DNA from: Methanofastidiosum sp.
GTDB taxonomy: Archaea; Methanobacteriota_B; Thermococci; Methanofastidiosales; Methanofastidiosaceae
Assembly (NCBI GenBank): GCA_020854815.1
Contig: JAHKLW010000005.1
Span: 7,422-71,421, forward strand
Direction of reading: 5' to 3'
DNA length: 64,000 nucleotides
The position numbers and the translations under genes were made by a program. The notes beneath the pieces are model-generated. The model had not been told where the DNA came from, ran no database searches, and saw only the letters and a list, made by a program, of their open reading frames with translations. Positions 40,173 to 49,941 of the stretch are shown piece after piece (positions within the stretch are counted from its first letter, which is position 1; every line of letters starts with the position of its first letter).

Positions 40173-42932
40173 TTGCCAGAACATCTTTGTCCTAGCATAT
40201 ACTCTTTCAGCGGCAAGAATATCTTTTAAGAGATCTTCCTCATTTTTTCTATCCTTTGTTAGAATTCTTTTAGCTGTTCTTGGACCTATTCCAATCCCTG
40301 CTAGAACGATAATCGCCTTTTTCCCATAGGGGAGAATTAAATCTGCAGAATCTTTAATCTCCTTCAAGCTCTTCTTTTCTTCATCATCTATTTTTCCTTT
40401 GGCGCCTTTTCGGACTATTTCGAGGTCCTCCCTTCTCCTCAAAATTCCAATATACCGTGCACCGCATTTGGGGCATTTTGGATTATCCTCAAAGTTATTT
40501 ACAGAAAGGGTCGTCTTCCAGTTTCTGCAGTGAAGGCAAGCAAGTGTAACCCTTTTTTCAAGTAGTCTCTTCTTCAAATATTTTATAATCTCTTTATCAG
40601 GCCTTTTTGGATACAAAAGTTCAAATGATGAGCCTTCAAGAAGATATCTTGAAAAGGTTGATGGTTCTTCGTTTTTGCTTATAATAATATTTAGTTTCCC
40701 ATCTTTCAGATCTCGTATTAATTGCTTTACAGGTTCAATCTCGAGTTTATCGTGGTATAGCTCATTTAATGTTTCTTCATAAAGCGGGGTATTCTTATAG
40801 AGTTTTAGTATGTTCTTCATTAAATATTTCTCAGAGTTTGCTCTTATAACTCCAAATCTCTTTGCTATCTGGATCATCTTCCATTCAAATAAAGGAGTAT
40901 TTTTTAAGACAATGTCAAGGATAGGTATCACGTGGTCCTCATTTAGTTCAAGAAGTGTATTTCTCACTACGCCACCACCATCTTTGATCCCGGGAGGGAA
41001 TTTTATCATTATGTGATACGGGTCTGTCCTCATCCCTATTGACTCCCCAAATCTCTGTGCAAGAAGGGAGGTAATGACCCTACCCAGTGTATCGTTTGCT
41101 TTAGAGCCGTTAAAGATATGCAGGATGACAAACTCACCTATATCTTCGATGACTATTGAATTCTTAGAATAAGGGAAATATTTTGACTGCTCATCAAGCA
41201 AATCATTTAGAATTTCTTTTGTATCTGGATTTAATGGCAACTCATCTATTTTTGTTTTATTATCAAAAATTTCAAAAACATCTCTGGAAACAAACAATGG
41301 GACTGGTATGAGTTCACCTTCCCAAGAAGGAATTGCGCCAACAGATCTAGTCTCAGTGACTTCAATTTTTTCCTCTTCAATATTTAATACCTTCCAGGTT
41401 CTTCCCCGAACTATAAAATTACCGCCAACTTCAATATTCGAAACAATAAAGTTCTCATCGAGTACACCAAGAGATGAACCAGTTCCTACTTCAACAACCC
41501 TATACTGTTTCGTATCTGGTATCATTGATAGGTTTTCAAAATAATAAAACATTCCTTGCTTGGACCTTTTGTAAGTTATTCCGTTATTGATCCAAATCAG
41601 CCTTATGCTTTCTAAAAAGTAGAGAACTCTCCAAAATTCATCATAACTCAAATTTCTGTAAGGATAGGATTTTTTAAAGATAGAGTAAGCTTCTTCAATT
41701 GATACTTCGTTACTTTCCATGGAAAGGCCTATTATTTGGTGAGATAGAACATCAAGTGATTTTTCCGGTATTTGTGAGCTTTCAATCTTATAGTTCAATG
41801 CATTTTTTGCTATTACTGCAGATTCGCATATCTCTTCGTCACTTGTAAGTATTACTCCTTTAGAAACAAGATAAGTTTTGTGACCTGCCCTGCCAACTCT
41901 CTGCAAAAGCTTTGATACTTGTCTTGGGCTACCATACTGGATAACTAGATCAACGGCGCCGACATCTATCCCAAGTTCCATGCTTGAAGTACAGACTATT
42001 CCTTTTATTTGCCCATTCTTGAATCTACTTTCAACATCAATTCTAGTTTCTTTGGAGAGAGATGAATGGTGCACATCAATAAAATTCATTTCCATAAGGT
42101 TAAATCTTGAAGAAAGAGTCTCAGCCATTTGACGAGTATTAACAAAAAGAAGAATGCTTTTGTGAGCATCAATTAACTCCTTAATCCTTCGTATTGATGA
42201 TGCGACATAAGGCGATATTTTTAGATTTTCTGCAGTCATTATATCTTCTTCAAAGATTTCTGGGGTTTCAACTTCAATGTCAAACTCTTTTTTTATTTGA
42301 GATTGAATTATTTGAACTTCTCTTTCTTGGCCCACTAAAAATCTTGCAACTTCCTCCTTTGAGCCAACAGTTGCAGAAAGTCCAATCCTCTGGATTCTGC
42401 CGCTCTTTAGCCTTTCTAGCCTCTCAAGCGCCAGACTTAATTGAACCCCCCTTTTATCTTCTGCAATTTCATGGATTTCATCAACGACGACAGCCAAAAC
42501 AGATTTGAGATGTTCTCTCAACTTCTTACCAGTGAAGAGTGCTTGAAGTGTTTCTGGGGTAGTAATCAATATATCTGGAGGCTTCAGACTTTGCCTTCTC
42601 CTCTCACTTTGGACTGTGTCACCATGTCTTGCTTTGATTGTAATCCCCATCGCTTCGCCTATTTTTTCAAGCCTCAGAAGAAGATCTCTATTGAGGGCCC
42701 TTAGTGGAGCTATATAGATAATCTTTATTCCTTGGGCATTACTATCCTTGACAAGTCTTAGAAGAGGAAGAATGGCAGCTTCAGTTTTTCCTGAACCTGT
42801 TGGAGCCATCAATAATACATTTTTTCTTTTTAATATTTCTGGAATTGAGCTTTTCTGGATATCGGTAGGTGAAGTAAAATTAAACTCTTTCAAAACATTG
42901 AAAATGTCATCTCCTAAAAGCTCAAAACTCAT
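40158..42932 (-). CDS. lhr: Lhr-like superfamily 2 DEAH-box helicase with C-terminal zinc ribbon
   Basis: Helicase motifs are APTGSGKT, DEIH, SAT and QRVGRAGH. The C-terminus has CLHCRN...CPKCG and an HhH-like GIGIGPRTAKRIL. Size is 924 aa. Confidence 0.85.
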   Translation of the reverse strand: MSFELLGDDIFNVLKEFNFTSPTDIQKSSIPEILKRKNVLLMAPTGSGKTEAAILPLLRLVKDSNAQGIKIIYIAPLRALNRDLLLRLEKIGEAMGITIKARHGDTVQSERRRQSLKPPDILITTPETLQALFTGKKLREHLKSVLAVVVDEIHEIAEDKRGVQLSLALERLERLKSGRIQRIGLSATVGSKEEVARFLVGQEREVQIIQSQIKKEFDIEVETPEIFEEDIMTAENLKISPYVASSIRRIKELIDAHKSILLFVNTRQMAETLSSRFNLMEMNFIDVHHSSLSKETRIDVESRFKNGQIKGIVCTSSMELGIDVGAVDLVIQYGSPRQVSKLLQRVGRAGHKTYLVSKGVILTSDEEICESAVIAKNALNYKIESSQIPEKSLDVLSHQIIGLSMESNEVSIEEAYSIFKKSYPYRNLSYDEFWRVLYFLESIRLIWINNGITYKRSKQGMFYYFENLSMIPDTKQYRVVEVGTGSSLGVLDENFIVSNIEVGGNFIVRGRTWKVLNIEEEKIEVTETRSVGAIPSWEGELIPVPLFVSRDVFEIFDNKTKIDELPLNPDTKEILNDLLDEQSKYFPYSKNSIVIEDIGEFVILHIFNGSKANDTLGRVITSLLAQRFGESIGMRTDPYHIMIKFPPGIKDGGGVVRNTLLELNEDHVIPILDIVLKNTPLFEWKMIQIAKRFGVIRANSEKYLMKNILKLYKNTPLYEETLNELYHDKLEIEPVKQLIRDLKDGKLNIIISKNEEPSTFSRYLLEGSSFELLYPKRPDKEIIKYLKKRLLEKRVTLACLHCRNWKTTLSVNNFEDNPKCPKCGARYIGILRRREDLEIVRKGAKGKIDDEEKKSLKEIKDSADLILPYGKKAIIVLAGIGIGPRTAKRILTKDRKNEEDLLKDILAAERVYARTKMFWQSNKQ

Positions 42933-42992
42933 TTCTGCACCTACTTAGAACTCACCAAAGCATTTTTATATTTAATTTATTGGGTTTAAATT

Positions 42993-43667
42993 ATGGACCT
43001 ATATCCAGTGATTAATAAACCTGCAATAATCATTGAATCTGATAAAAGATATCTTGTTGTAGCTGACTTACATCTCGGTAAAGAGTACGAATATTACAAA
43101 AAGGGGATTAAGGTCCCAGATGTCGGACAAAAAATGAAGGCAGATCTATTAAAAATCATAAAAAGAAAAAATATAGATGAACTTATACTTTTAGGAGATA
43201 TAAAGCATAATCTTCCATTTACTTCCTATTTTGAAAAAATGAATCTACCTAAGTTCTTACATTTTGATATACCTGTCAAACTGATCAAGGGGAATCATGA
43301 TGGAAATATAGAAGAAATAGTCCAAAATGAAGTCATGAAATCTTTCAAAATAGAAGATCACATCTTAACTCATGGCCACATACTTATTGGGGGCAACAAT
43401 TTGATTATGGGCCATGTCCATCCTGTAGTTGAATTTGTTGACTCAAACGGTAAGATAACTCGTTTGAAATGCTTTCTTAAAATAGAAGGAGGCCAAAATG
43501 TTATTGTTTTGCCTTCTTTTAATCCAGTTATCGAAGGTGTTTCTATAAACAAGAATGAAGAGATCCCGGGCCCTTATTTTGAAAGTGGTAGATTAGAAAT
43601 AAAAAATTTTGAGTGTTATCTCTTAGACGGAACTTATATGGGAAAAGTGAAGGATATTTACTTTTGA
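42993..43667 (+). CDS. Calcineurin-like metallophosphoesterase (Lhr-associated MPE type)
   Basis: The motifs VVADLHLGKE, LLGDIKHN, GNHD and GHVH are in the canonical metallophosphoesterase order. Confidence 0.75.
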   Translation: MDLYPVINKPAIIIESDKRYLVVADLHLGKEYEYYKKGIKVPDVGQKMKADLLKIIKRKNIDELILLGDIKHNLPFTSYFEKMNLPKFLHFDIPVKLIKGNHDGNIEEIVQNEVMKSFKIEDHILTHGHILIGGNNLIMGHVHPVVEFVDSNGKITRLKCFLKIEGGQNVIVLPSFNPVIEGVSINKNEEIPGPYFESGRLEIKNFECYLLDGTYMGKVKDIYF

Positions 43668-45469
43668 ATTTTACCACAATCTTCATCTATGGCATTTATC
43701 GCGTCTTCAATTAACATTCCCTCGTTATGGTCTATGTATTCTTCAATTCTCTTTAACAGGTGCCCCTCTTCAATTTTCTCAGACATGTCGATGAATAAGT
43801 CTTTTTTGATTGCATTTATCACTTTATCAGCAGTTTCCCCAAGCTCTTTTGAAACTTCGTAACATTCATTGATGATGTTTGAACAGAGCACTTCACATGT
43901 TTTTTCAACATACAGCTTGCTATGGTAAATATTGTTTATTATATCGATTAATTTAGCGTATTTATCAAGCCTATTTATATAGTACTTCTTTGTTTTTATA
44001 ACAATATTTTTTATCATCGCACCCGATATAGTTTCCTTTATTGGAACATTGATAAGCCCGAGTTTTTCAATGTTACAAATTCTGTTCTTCTCATAAAGCT
44101 CGTCCAATATTGTTTCTTTCATGACTTCAGTGAATTTCTTGAGGGATCCATATTTTTCAATTTCAGATGGATGAGGGATTAATTGGTCTGGCTTTAGGTA
44201 TATTTCCAGGATTTTTTCTCCAGAATCTCTTGTGTCCGGCCTTCCAATTCTGATGTGCTTATCGATTCTTCCGGGCCTTAGAATTGCAGAGTCAATTATA
44301 TCCGGTCTGTTTGTGGCTATTATAATAATAACGTCTCCCATTTCCTCAAGGCCGTCAAGAAGTTGTAAAAATTTATTTACTATTGGGTTCTCAAGTCTTG
44401 CTGCCTCTGACCCACTTTCTCTTTCTGGCACTAGACTGTCAAATTCATCAAAGAATAAAACGGATGGTGCCTTTTCCTCTGCATACTTGAATAATTCCTC
44501 AATGTTTTGCTGAGTCTCTCCAAACCATTTGCTTCTAAGCTCTTTGTCAACATTGATGAAATTTCTCGAAGAAATAGAGGCTGCATAACGTGCAATTAAT
44601 GTTTTACCGCATCCAGGTGGCCCATAAAGCATGATTCCTTTAGTCCTCTCGATTTTTAATTTTTGTACTTTTTCTCTGATAAAATCATAACTCAGAGCAG
44701 ACCCAACGGCCTGATCAATTTCTAAAATTGCCTCGTCAAGACCACCTACTTCTTCTCGTTTTACCTTAGGTTTCTTCTCAAGAAGAAGATCATCACCATA
44801 TTTCACATTAATCTTTATATCAAGTATTTCCCAGTCTTTTGAATTTCCAAATAAGGTTACTGTGGCCCCGGCTTTAAGGTAAGGATTTTTAGAATCCACA
44901 AAATCCCCAATATCCAACATCATCTCATGATAAGTATCAAATCTTATTGTTGCATATCTACCTTCAATCTTTAGTATCTCACCAAGTGTTGTATCGACTT
45001 TGCCAGGGTGTCTTTCGAGAATTACAAATCTTCCGCCATCTTTTGCCTCAATGAACTTGTATCTTATCTTATCTCCTTTGTTCACCTCTAGGTCATCAAT
45101 CATGTAGGCTATTATTCTATAGTTTACATAATCGAAAATCTCGTGCATCCCTTCTCGGTCAAGAGGTCTTACATAAATACCAATCAGAAACGGAGGCTCG
45201 TTTAATTCTCTAATTCTCTGCTCAAGTCTGTTAATGCGGCCTTCAAGGAAAGTCTTGATTTCATTTTTTAGCATTCCTCGCTCATGCTGTATCTGGTTTA
45301 TTACTTCTTGAGAAGAAGCTATGAGTTCTTTAATTTCTTCCTTTTCAAGCACTTTTTGAGAAAATCCTTTTTCCTTTAACACTTGGACAAGGTCAAAATA
45401 CTCATATTCTTCTTTTAGATATGCCCTAACCTTTTCTGTCTTTTTTAAATCAGAAGATTCCACAAACAA
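43658..45469 (-). CDS. PAN/ARC-like AAA+ ATPase with N-terminal coiled coil, long OB-like region and C-terminal extension
   Basis: Walker A is GPPGCGKT, Walker B is VLFFDEFDSL, and the SRH is ATNRPDIIDSAILRPGRIDKHI. The N-terminus has heptad-like LKNEIKTFLEGRINRLEQRIRELNEPP followed by FLIGIY. The start is uncertain (TTG at 45469 or GTG at 45463). Confidence 0.75.
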   Translation of the reverse strand: MFVESSDLKKTEKVRAYLKEEYEYFDLVQVLKEKGFSQKVLEKEEIKELIASSQEVINQIQHERGMLKNEIKTFLEGRINRLEQRIRELNEPPFLIGIYVRPLDREGMHEIFDYVNYRIIAYMIDDLEVNKGDKIRYKFIEAKDGGRFVILERHPGKVDTTLGEILKIEGRYATIRFDTYHEMMLDIGDFVDSKNPYLKAGATVTLFGNSKDWEILDIKINVKYGDDLLLEKKPKVKREEVGGLDEAILEIDQAVGSALSYDFIREKVQKLKIERTKGIMLYGPPGCGKTLIARYAASISSRNFINVDKELRSKWFGETQQNIEELFKYAEEKAPSVLFFDEFDSLVPERESGSEAARLENPIVNKFLQLLDGLEEMGDVIIIIATNRPDIIDSAILRPGRIDKHIRIGRPDTRDSGEKILEIYLKPDQLIPHPSEIEKYGSLKKFTEVMKETILDELYEKNRICNIEKLGLINVPIKETISGAMIKNIVIKTKKYYINRLDKYAKLIDIINNIYHSKLYVEKTCEVLCSNIINECYEVSKELGETADKVINAIKKDLFIDMSEKIEEGHLLKRIEEYIDHNEGMLIEDAINAIDEDCGKIQK

Positions 45470-45520
45470 AATAGGAACTAATCTTTTAAAAGTGTTTGCA
45501 AAATTCTTGGTGTGACTATA

Positions 45521-46312
45521 TCAGACAAATGTCATGCTGCCATATCCCAAAACTCGGATATATGTTCCAAGCCCCAGGATGAGAATAGAAAAGGCCATAG
45601 TTATGTAATCCCTTTTCTTAAGAGAGATCTCATTTAAAAATGTCCTTTCTCCGTATCCAAATCCTCTAGACTCTATAGCTATTGCAAGCTCTTCGGCCAT
45701 TCTTATTGAACCTATTATTAATGGAGTAATTATTGGGATGTAGTTTCTTATTCTTTTGAATATTGGGCCTTTATCTAGCTCAAGTCCTCTTGACCTCTGT
45801 GCATCCATTATTGTATATGTGATTCCAGCCAGTGTAGGGACATATCTTAAGGATATAGCCAAAGTCAAACAGTATTCGTAAGGTACCTTAAATTTCATTA
45901 AACCGAGGACAAGGTCACGCTGAAGTGTTGTCATTAAAAGGAGAAATGTGCCAGTGATTATTGCAAAGATCCTAAAAGTCATTGCAAGCCCCATTCTTAT
46001 GCCGTCTTCACTCACGCTTATCCTCCAATATTCAAAGATTATCTTGCCTGTTGGTTGGAAAAATGGCCATAAAATTAATGACATTAAAATGAGTGGGAGT
46101 ATTGGTTTTATGTATGCTGCAAGTCTTCTTATTTTGATTTTGCAGAGAAATTTTATCATCAATAAAACTGAAACAGCTATGGTGCCAAGATAAAGTGGAT
46201 CTTTGTATAGAAGGGCAAGACCAAATATAGATGAAAGAATCACTATTTTTGTTCTTGGGTCAAGGCTATGAAAAAATGAAGATTCCTTGACATACATAGA
46301 ATACTTTATCAT
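45521..46312 (-). CDS. ecfT: Energy-coupling factor transporter transmembrane (T) component (EcfT/CbiQ family)
   Basis: The protein is 263 aa with 5-6 TM. The conserved arginine-containing coupling helices are DAQRSRGLEL and ESRGFG. Confidence 0.7.
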   Translation of the reverse strand: MIKYSMYVKESSFFHSLDPRTKIVILSSIFGLALLYKDPLYLGTIAVSVLLMIKFLCKIKIRRLAAYIKPILPLILMSLILWPFFQPTGKIIFEYWRISVSEDGIRMGLAMTFRIFAIITGTFLLLMTTLQRDLVLGLMKFKVPYEYCLTLAISLRYVPTLAGITYTIMDAQRSRGLELDKGPIFKRIRNYIPIITPLIIGSIRMAEELAIAIESRGFGYGERTFLNEISLKKRDYITMAFSILILGLGTYIRVLGYGSMTFV

Positions 46313-46345
46313 AATAAAAGAAATAAAAGATTTAGATTTAAAAGT

Positions 46346-46903
46346 TTAGGGTTTATCTATGCCGACAATGACTGTTCCAAGGTTTTCTCCCATAGTATTA
46401 TACTTTTCTTTGAAGAAAAGGTCTGTTGGAACGCAGAGACTTGCAGAAATCCCTTTTAAATCCTTAAGCTCTTCTACATTTTGAGCTGGGATCACAAAGT
46501 AAGGTTTACCCTGTGTCTTTACGTTGGTGAATATGACAAACTCCTCCCCCATAAAAACAACGTCGTCTCTTTTCTGGTACTCAGGTATTTCGTCTTTTCT
46601 TATCAGTTTTCCAAGAACATTGCCTGAAGGGTCCTTCATTAATGTAAGGCTTTGCCCATGTTTTCTATCTGAAAAAGTATCATCGATAAAAATAAGGAAA
46701 ACTAATCCTTTCGATAAAACTTCCCAGACACCTTCATTGATAAAGTCCATCATGCCCCCGGCGGCCTTATTCTTTTCAGCCTGGATTTCAAATTCTCTGA
46801 TTTTATCAATATCTTCTGAATTTAATATGAAGGCATCTATAATACCCTTTACGGACTTCAAACGTTTTAGTATGTCTTCTTCAATTCCCATGTTTATCCT
46901 CAA
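46346..46903 (-). CDS. Hypothetical soluble protein (185 aa)
   Basis: The ORF is continuous and overlaps the asd stop by 4 nt. No family was recognised. Confidence 0.5.
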   Translation of the reverse strand: MRINMGIEEDILKRLKSVKGIIDAFILNSEDIDKIREFEIQAEKNKAAGGMMDFINEGVWEVLSKGLVFLIFIDDTFSDRKHGQSLTLMKDPSGNVLGKLIRKDEIPEYQKRDDVVFMGEEFVIFTNVKTQGKPYFVIPAQNVEELKDLKGISASLCVPTDLFFKEKYNTMGENLGTVIVGIDKP

Positions 46904-47991
46904 AGATATCCTTTTGCTTTTAGAAGTTCAGCGTTTAATATTCCCCCGCCTGCAGCCCCTCTAACTGTGTTGTGAGAAAGACAGACGAATCTGATATCGA
47001 ATACCTTACATTCTCTGAGTCTTCCAACTGTGGCAGCCATCCCTTTGTCTGAGTCTCTATCTTTTCTTGGCTGGGGTCTGTTAGGTTCTTCTCTGTAAAT
47101 AATCGGTTGTTTTGGGGCAAAAGGCAAGTTTAACTCCTGTGGTTCAGAGCGGAAATCTTTCCATATTTTTTTGATCTCTTCAAGAGAAGGTTTATTCGCG
47201 CCAAATTCTAGACTTACACATGCTGTGTGACCATCGATTACTGGAACTCTGTTGCAGTGAGCAGAAATTGCCATGCTTGTATCGTTTACAATCTTTCCAT
47301 TTACAATCTTGCCCATAATTTTCTGTGGCTCTACTTCCGATTTTTCTTCTTCTCCAGATATAAGAGGAACTATATTGTCTATCATATCAAGAGAAGGTAC
47401 GCCAGGGTACCCCGCTCCAGAAACAGCCTGCATTGTAGTAATTATCATTCTCTTAACTTCATATCCAGCTTTAACTAAAGCATAAACAGGTGTCATGTAA
47501 CTTTGTAATGAGCAGTTTGGTTTTACAACTATGAATCCTTTGTCCCAACCGTTTACCCTCTTCTGTTCAGGGATTATTTCAATATGGTTACTGTTAATTT
47601 CAGGGATTAACATTGGTACATTGTCAACGTGTCTATTGGCAGAAGCGTTTGAAAAAACTGGTATTCCAGCTTTAGCATATGATGCTTCAAGATCTTTGAT
47701 TTTTTCCTTTTCCATTTCAAGGGCAGAAAAAACTAAGGCACATTTTCCAACTGCTTGACTTACGTCATTTGCATCTCCAACTATAAGTTTTCTTACTTTT
47801 TCTGGAGGGTCTGTAACCATCTGCCATTTTCCCATTACCGCCTCTTCGTAGCTTTTGCCCGCACTTTTGGGTGACGCTGCGACATATGTCACATTAAACC
47901 AAGGATGATTATCCAATAATATTATGTAATTTTGGCCTACCATTCCAGTAGCTCCAATTACGCCTACGTTTATCTTTTCCATGATTATCAT
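46900..47991 (-). CDS. asd: Aspartate-semialdehyde dehydrogenase
   Basis: It has GVIGATGMVGQ (NAD(P) binding) and the active-site context KPNCSLQ. It lies adjacent to hom. Size is about 360 aa. Confidence 0.9.
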   Translation of the reverse strand: MIIMEKINVGVIGATGMVGQNYIILLDNHPWFNVTYVAASPKSAGKSYEEAVMGKWQMVTDPPEKVRKLIVGDANDVSQAVGKCALVFSALEMEKEKIKDLEASYAKAGIPVFSNASANRHVDNVPMLIPEINSNHIEIIPEQKRVNGWDKGFIVVKPNCSLQSYMTPVYALVKAGYEVKRMIITTMQAVSGAGYPGVPSLDMIDNIVPLISGEEEKSEVEPQKIMGKIVNGKIVNDTSMAISAHCNRVPVIDGHTACVSLEFGANKPSLEEIKKIWKDFRSEPQELNLPFAPKQPIIYREEPNRPQPRKDRDSDKGMAATVGRLRECKVFDIRFVCLSHNTVRGAAGGGILNAELLKAKGYL

Positions 47992-47995
47992 CTTA

Positions 47996-48748
47996 TCATA
48001 TTAAGTAATTTTTTAATACTCCTATTCCTTCTATTTTAGCTTCTACGGTATCCCCCCTATTCATTGGACCAACTCCAGGTGGTGTGCCAGTTGCAATGAC
48101 ATCTCCAGGTTCAAGGGGCATTATCTCAGATATAAATTCGAGTAATTCATAACAATTGAATATCATGTTCTTCGTGGAAGAATTTTGTTTTGTAGTTCCA
48201 TTTAGTTTAAGTGATATTGGGAGGTCAAATGGATCTATGTTGGTCTCAATAAGAGGTCCTATTGGGGCAAATGTATCATATGATTTCGCTCGTGTCCATT
48301 GTATATCTTTCCTCTGTAAATCTCTTGCAGTGACATCGTTGAATACTGTGTATCCTAATATATAATCCCCAGCTTCATCTTTTTCAACATTCTTTGCTCT
48401 CCTGCCTATGACTATCCCGAGTTCAACTTCGTAATCGACTTGATTTGAAGTTTCAGGATATATTATCGGGTCTTCAGGTCCAACGACAGTGCTTGCGGGC
48501 TTAATGAATATTATTGGATTTTTGGGAATTTCCATTTTAAGCTCCTTTGCATGGTCAACATAATTTAGACCTACAGCCACAATCTTTGAAGGCATCGTTG
48601 GAGAGAGTAACTTGACAGAATTTGGATCAATTTCATTTTCAGTTATTTCAAATCCGGAAAAGAAATCCCCTTTTATTTTTTTTATTACATTGTCCTCAAG
48701 AATTCCTTGTTCTACCTTATCTTTGTAGCTGTATCTCAGAAGCTTCAT
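47996..48748 (-). CDS. Fumarylacetoacetate hydrolase (FAH) family protein
   Basis: VGLNYVDHAKE...DYEVELGIVIG...GDVIATGTPPGVG is the FAH-family pattern. Confidence 0.85.
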   Translation of the reverse strand: MKLLRYSYKDKVEQGILEDNVIKKIKGDFFSGFEITENEIDPNSVKLLSPTMPSKIVAVGLNYVDHAKELKMEIPKNPIIFIKPASTVVGPEDPIIYPETSNQVDYEVELGIVIGRRAKNVEKDEAGDYILGYTVFNDVTARDLQRKDIQWTRAKSYDTFAPIGPLIETNIDPFDLPISLKLNGTTKQNSSTKNMIFNCYELLEFISEIMPLEPGDVIATGTPPGVGPMNRGDTVEAKIEGIGVLKNYLI

Positions 48749-48759
48749 TATTTCACCTT

Positions 48760-49776
48760 TTACTTAACAATAGCAAACACGTCACTCATTATTGCAGCGG
48801 CTGTTTCTATTTGTCCTGCGCCTCTCCCCATTACTGTTATATCTTGGGATAAATCTGTTTCAAAGACGGCAACGTTCAATGTCCCTGTTACAGCTAATGG
48901 CGAGTTTAGAGGAACAGGTGTCGGCTCAACTTTTGCACCTTTCTCTGTAACCTCTACCAGTAGTTTTATGATGTTCCCGCTCTTCTTTGCCTCTAAAACA
49001 TCTTTCATCATTATGCCAGTGATTCCCTTGACTTTAACATCACTTAAAGTCATTGATTTCCCCATTAGAGCGTTTGAAAGTATTGTTGCTTTACATGCTG
49101 CGTCCCATCCTTCAATGTCCTGGCCAGGATTTGCTTCGGCATAACCCTTTTCTTGTGCTTCCTTTAATGCATCACCAAACTTTTTCCCTTCAAATGCCAT
49201 ATTGGAAAGAATGTAATTTGTAGTACCGTTTAGTATACCTTTTACAGAGATAATTTCATTTCCTTTGAGTGCTTCTTGGGCAAGGTTTAAAACGGGCATT
49301 GTGCCTCCAACAGTTGCCTCGAATCTTAATTCCTTTCCACTTTTCTCTTTAGCCTTGATTACTTTATCATAGTGAAGTGCTAGAGGTCCCTTGTTTGAAG
49401 TGACTACATGCATTCCTCTATCAAAGGCTTTAAGGAGATGATTTAATCCCGGTTGGGCATCTTTGATATTTGTTGGAGTAACTTCAACGACAATATCTGC
49501 TTCCATATTTTCTACAGCAGCTTCCCCGTTCCATTTTTTATCTTTTGAAGAATCAGGGTAATTTATCATAAGTGATCTTTCTTGATTATGGTCCATTAGC
49601 TTGGCAAGATCAATTCCATTTTCATCGTAGATAGAATTCATCATATCAGCAACACAAACTATTCTGACGTCAACGCCGTATTTCTTTTTGTATTGCTCCG
49701 CTCTGTCTCTAATTACTTTGCAAACTCCTTTACCAACTATACCGAAACCAACGACTCCTAAACGTACTTTCTTCAT
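48760..49776 (-). CDS. hom: Homoserine dehydrogenase
   Basis: The N-terminal Rossmann motif is LGVVGFGIVGKGV. It also has VTSNKGPLA and GILNGTTNYIL motifs. Confidence 0.9.
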   Translation of the reverse strand: MKKVRLGVVGFGIVGKGVCKVIRDRAEQYKKKYGVDVRIVCVADMMNSIYDENGIDLAKLMDHNQERSLMINYPDSSKDKKWNGEAAVENMEADIVVEVTPTNIKDAQPGLNHLLKAFDRGMHVVTSNKGPLALHYDKVIKAKEKSGKELRFEATVGGTMPVLNLAQEALKGNEIISVKGILNGTTNYILSNMAFEGKKFGDALKEAQEKGYAEANPGQDIEGWDAACKATILSNALMGKSMTLSDVKVKGITGIMMKDVLEAKKSGNIIKLLVEVTEKGAKVEPTPVPLNSPLAVTGTLNVAVFETDLSQDITVMGRGAGQIETAAAIMSDVFAIVK

Positions 49777-49941
49777 AATGAATCATCCTCTTAAATATAG
49801 TGAATACTCTATTCTTATTCTTTATTTAAAAGTTTCGGGAAAGTTATTATTTTATTTTTTGAAATAAAAAAGAATACCGAAACCTTTTTAAAAAGGCTTA
49901 AGATAGGGAGATAAAGCTATATTATAGAGGGTGAAAAAGAT

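Noticed and set aside
46524-46964. Other long shadow ORFs: 46524-46964 (+), 48707-49144 (+), 10561-10926 (+), 23002-23403 (-), 42194-42704 (+), 30021-30338 (+) and 7832-8137 (-).
   Set aside because: All lie entirely within, and antisense or out of frame to, confidently assigned genes. Their sequences look like compositional artefacts.
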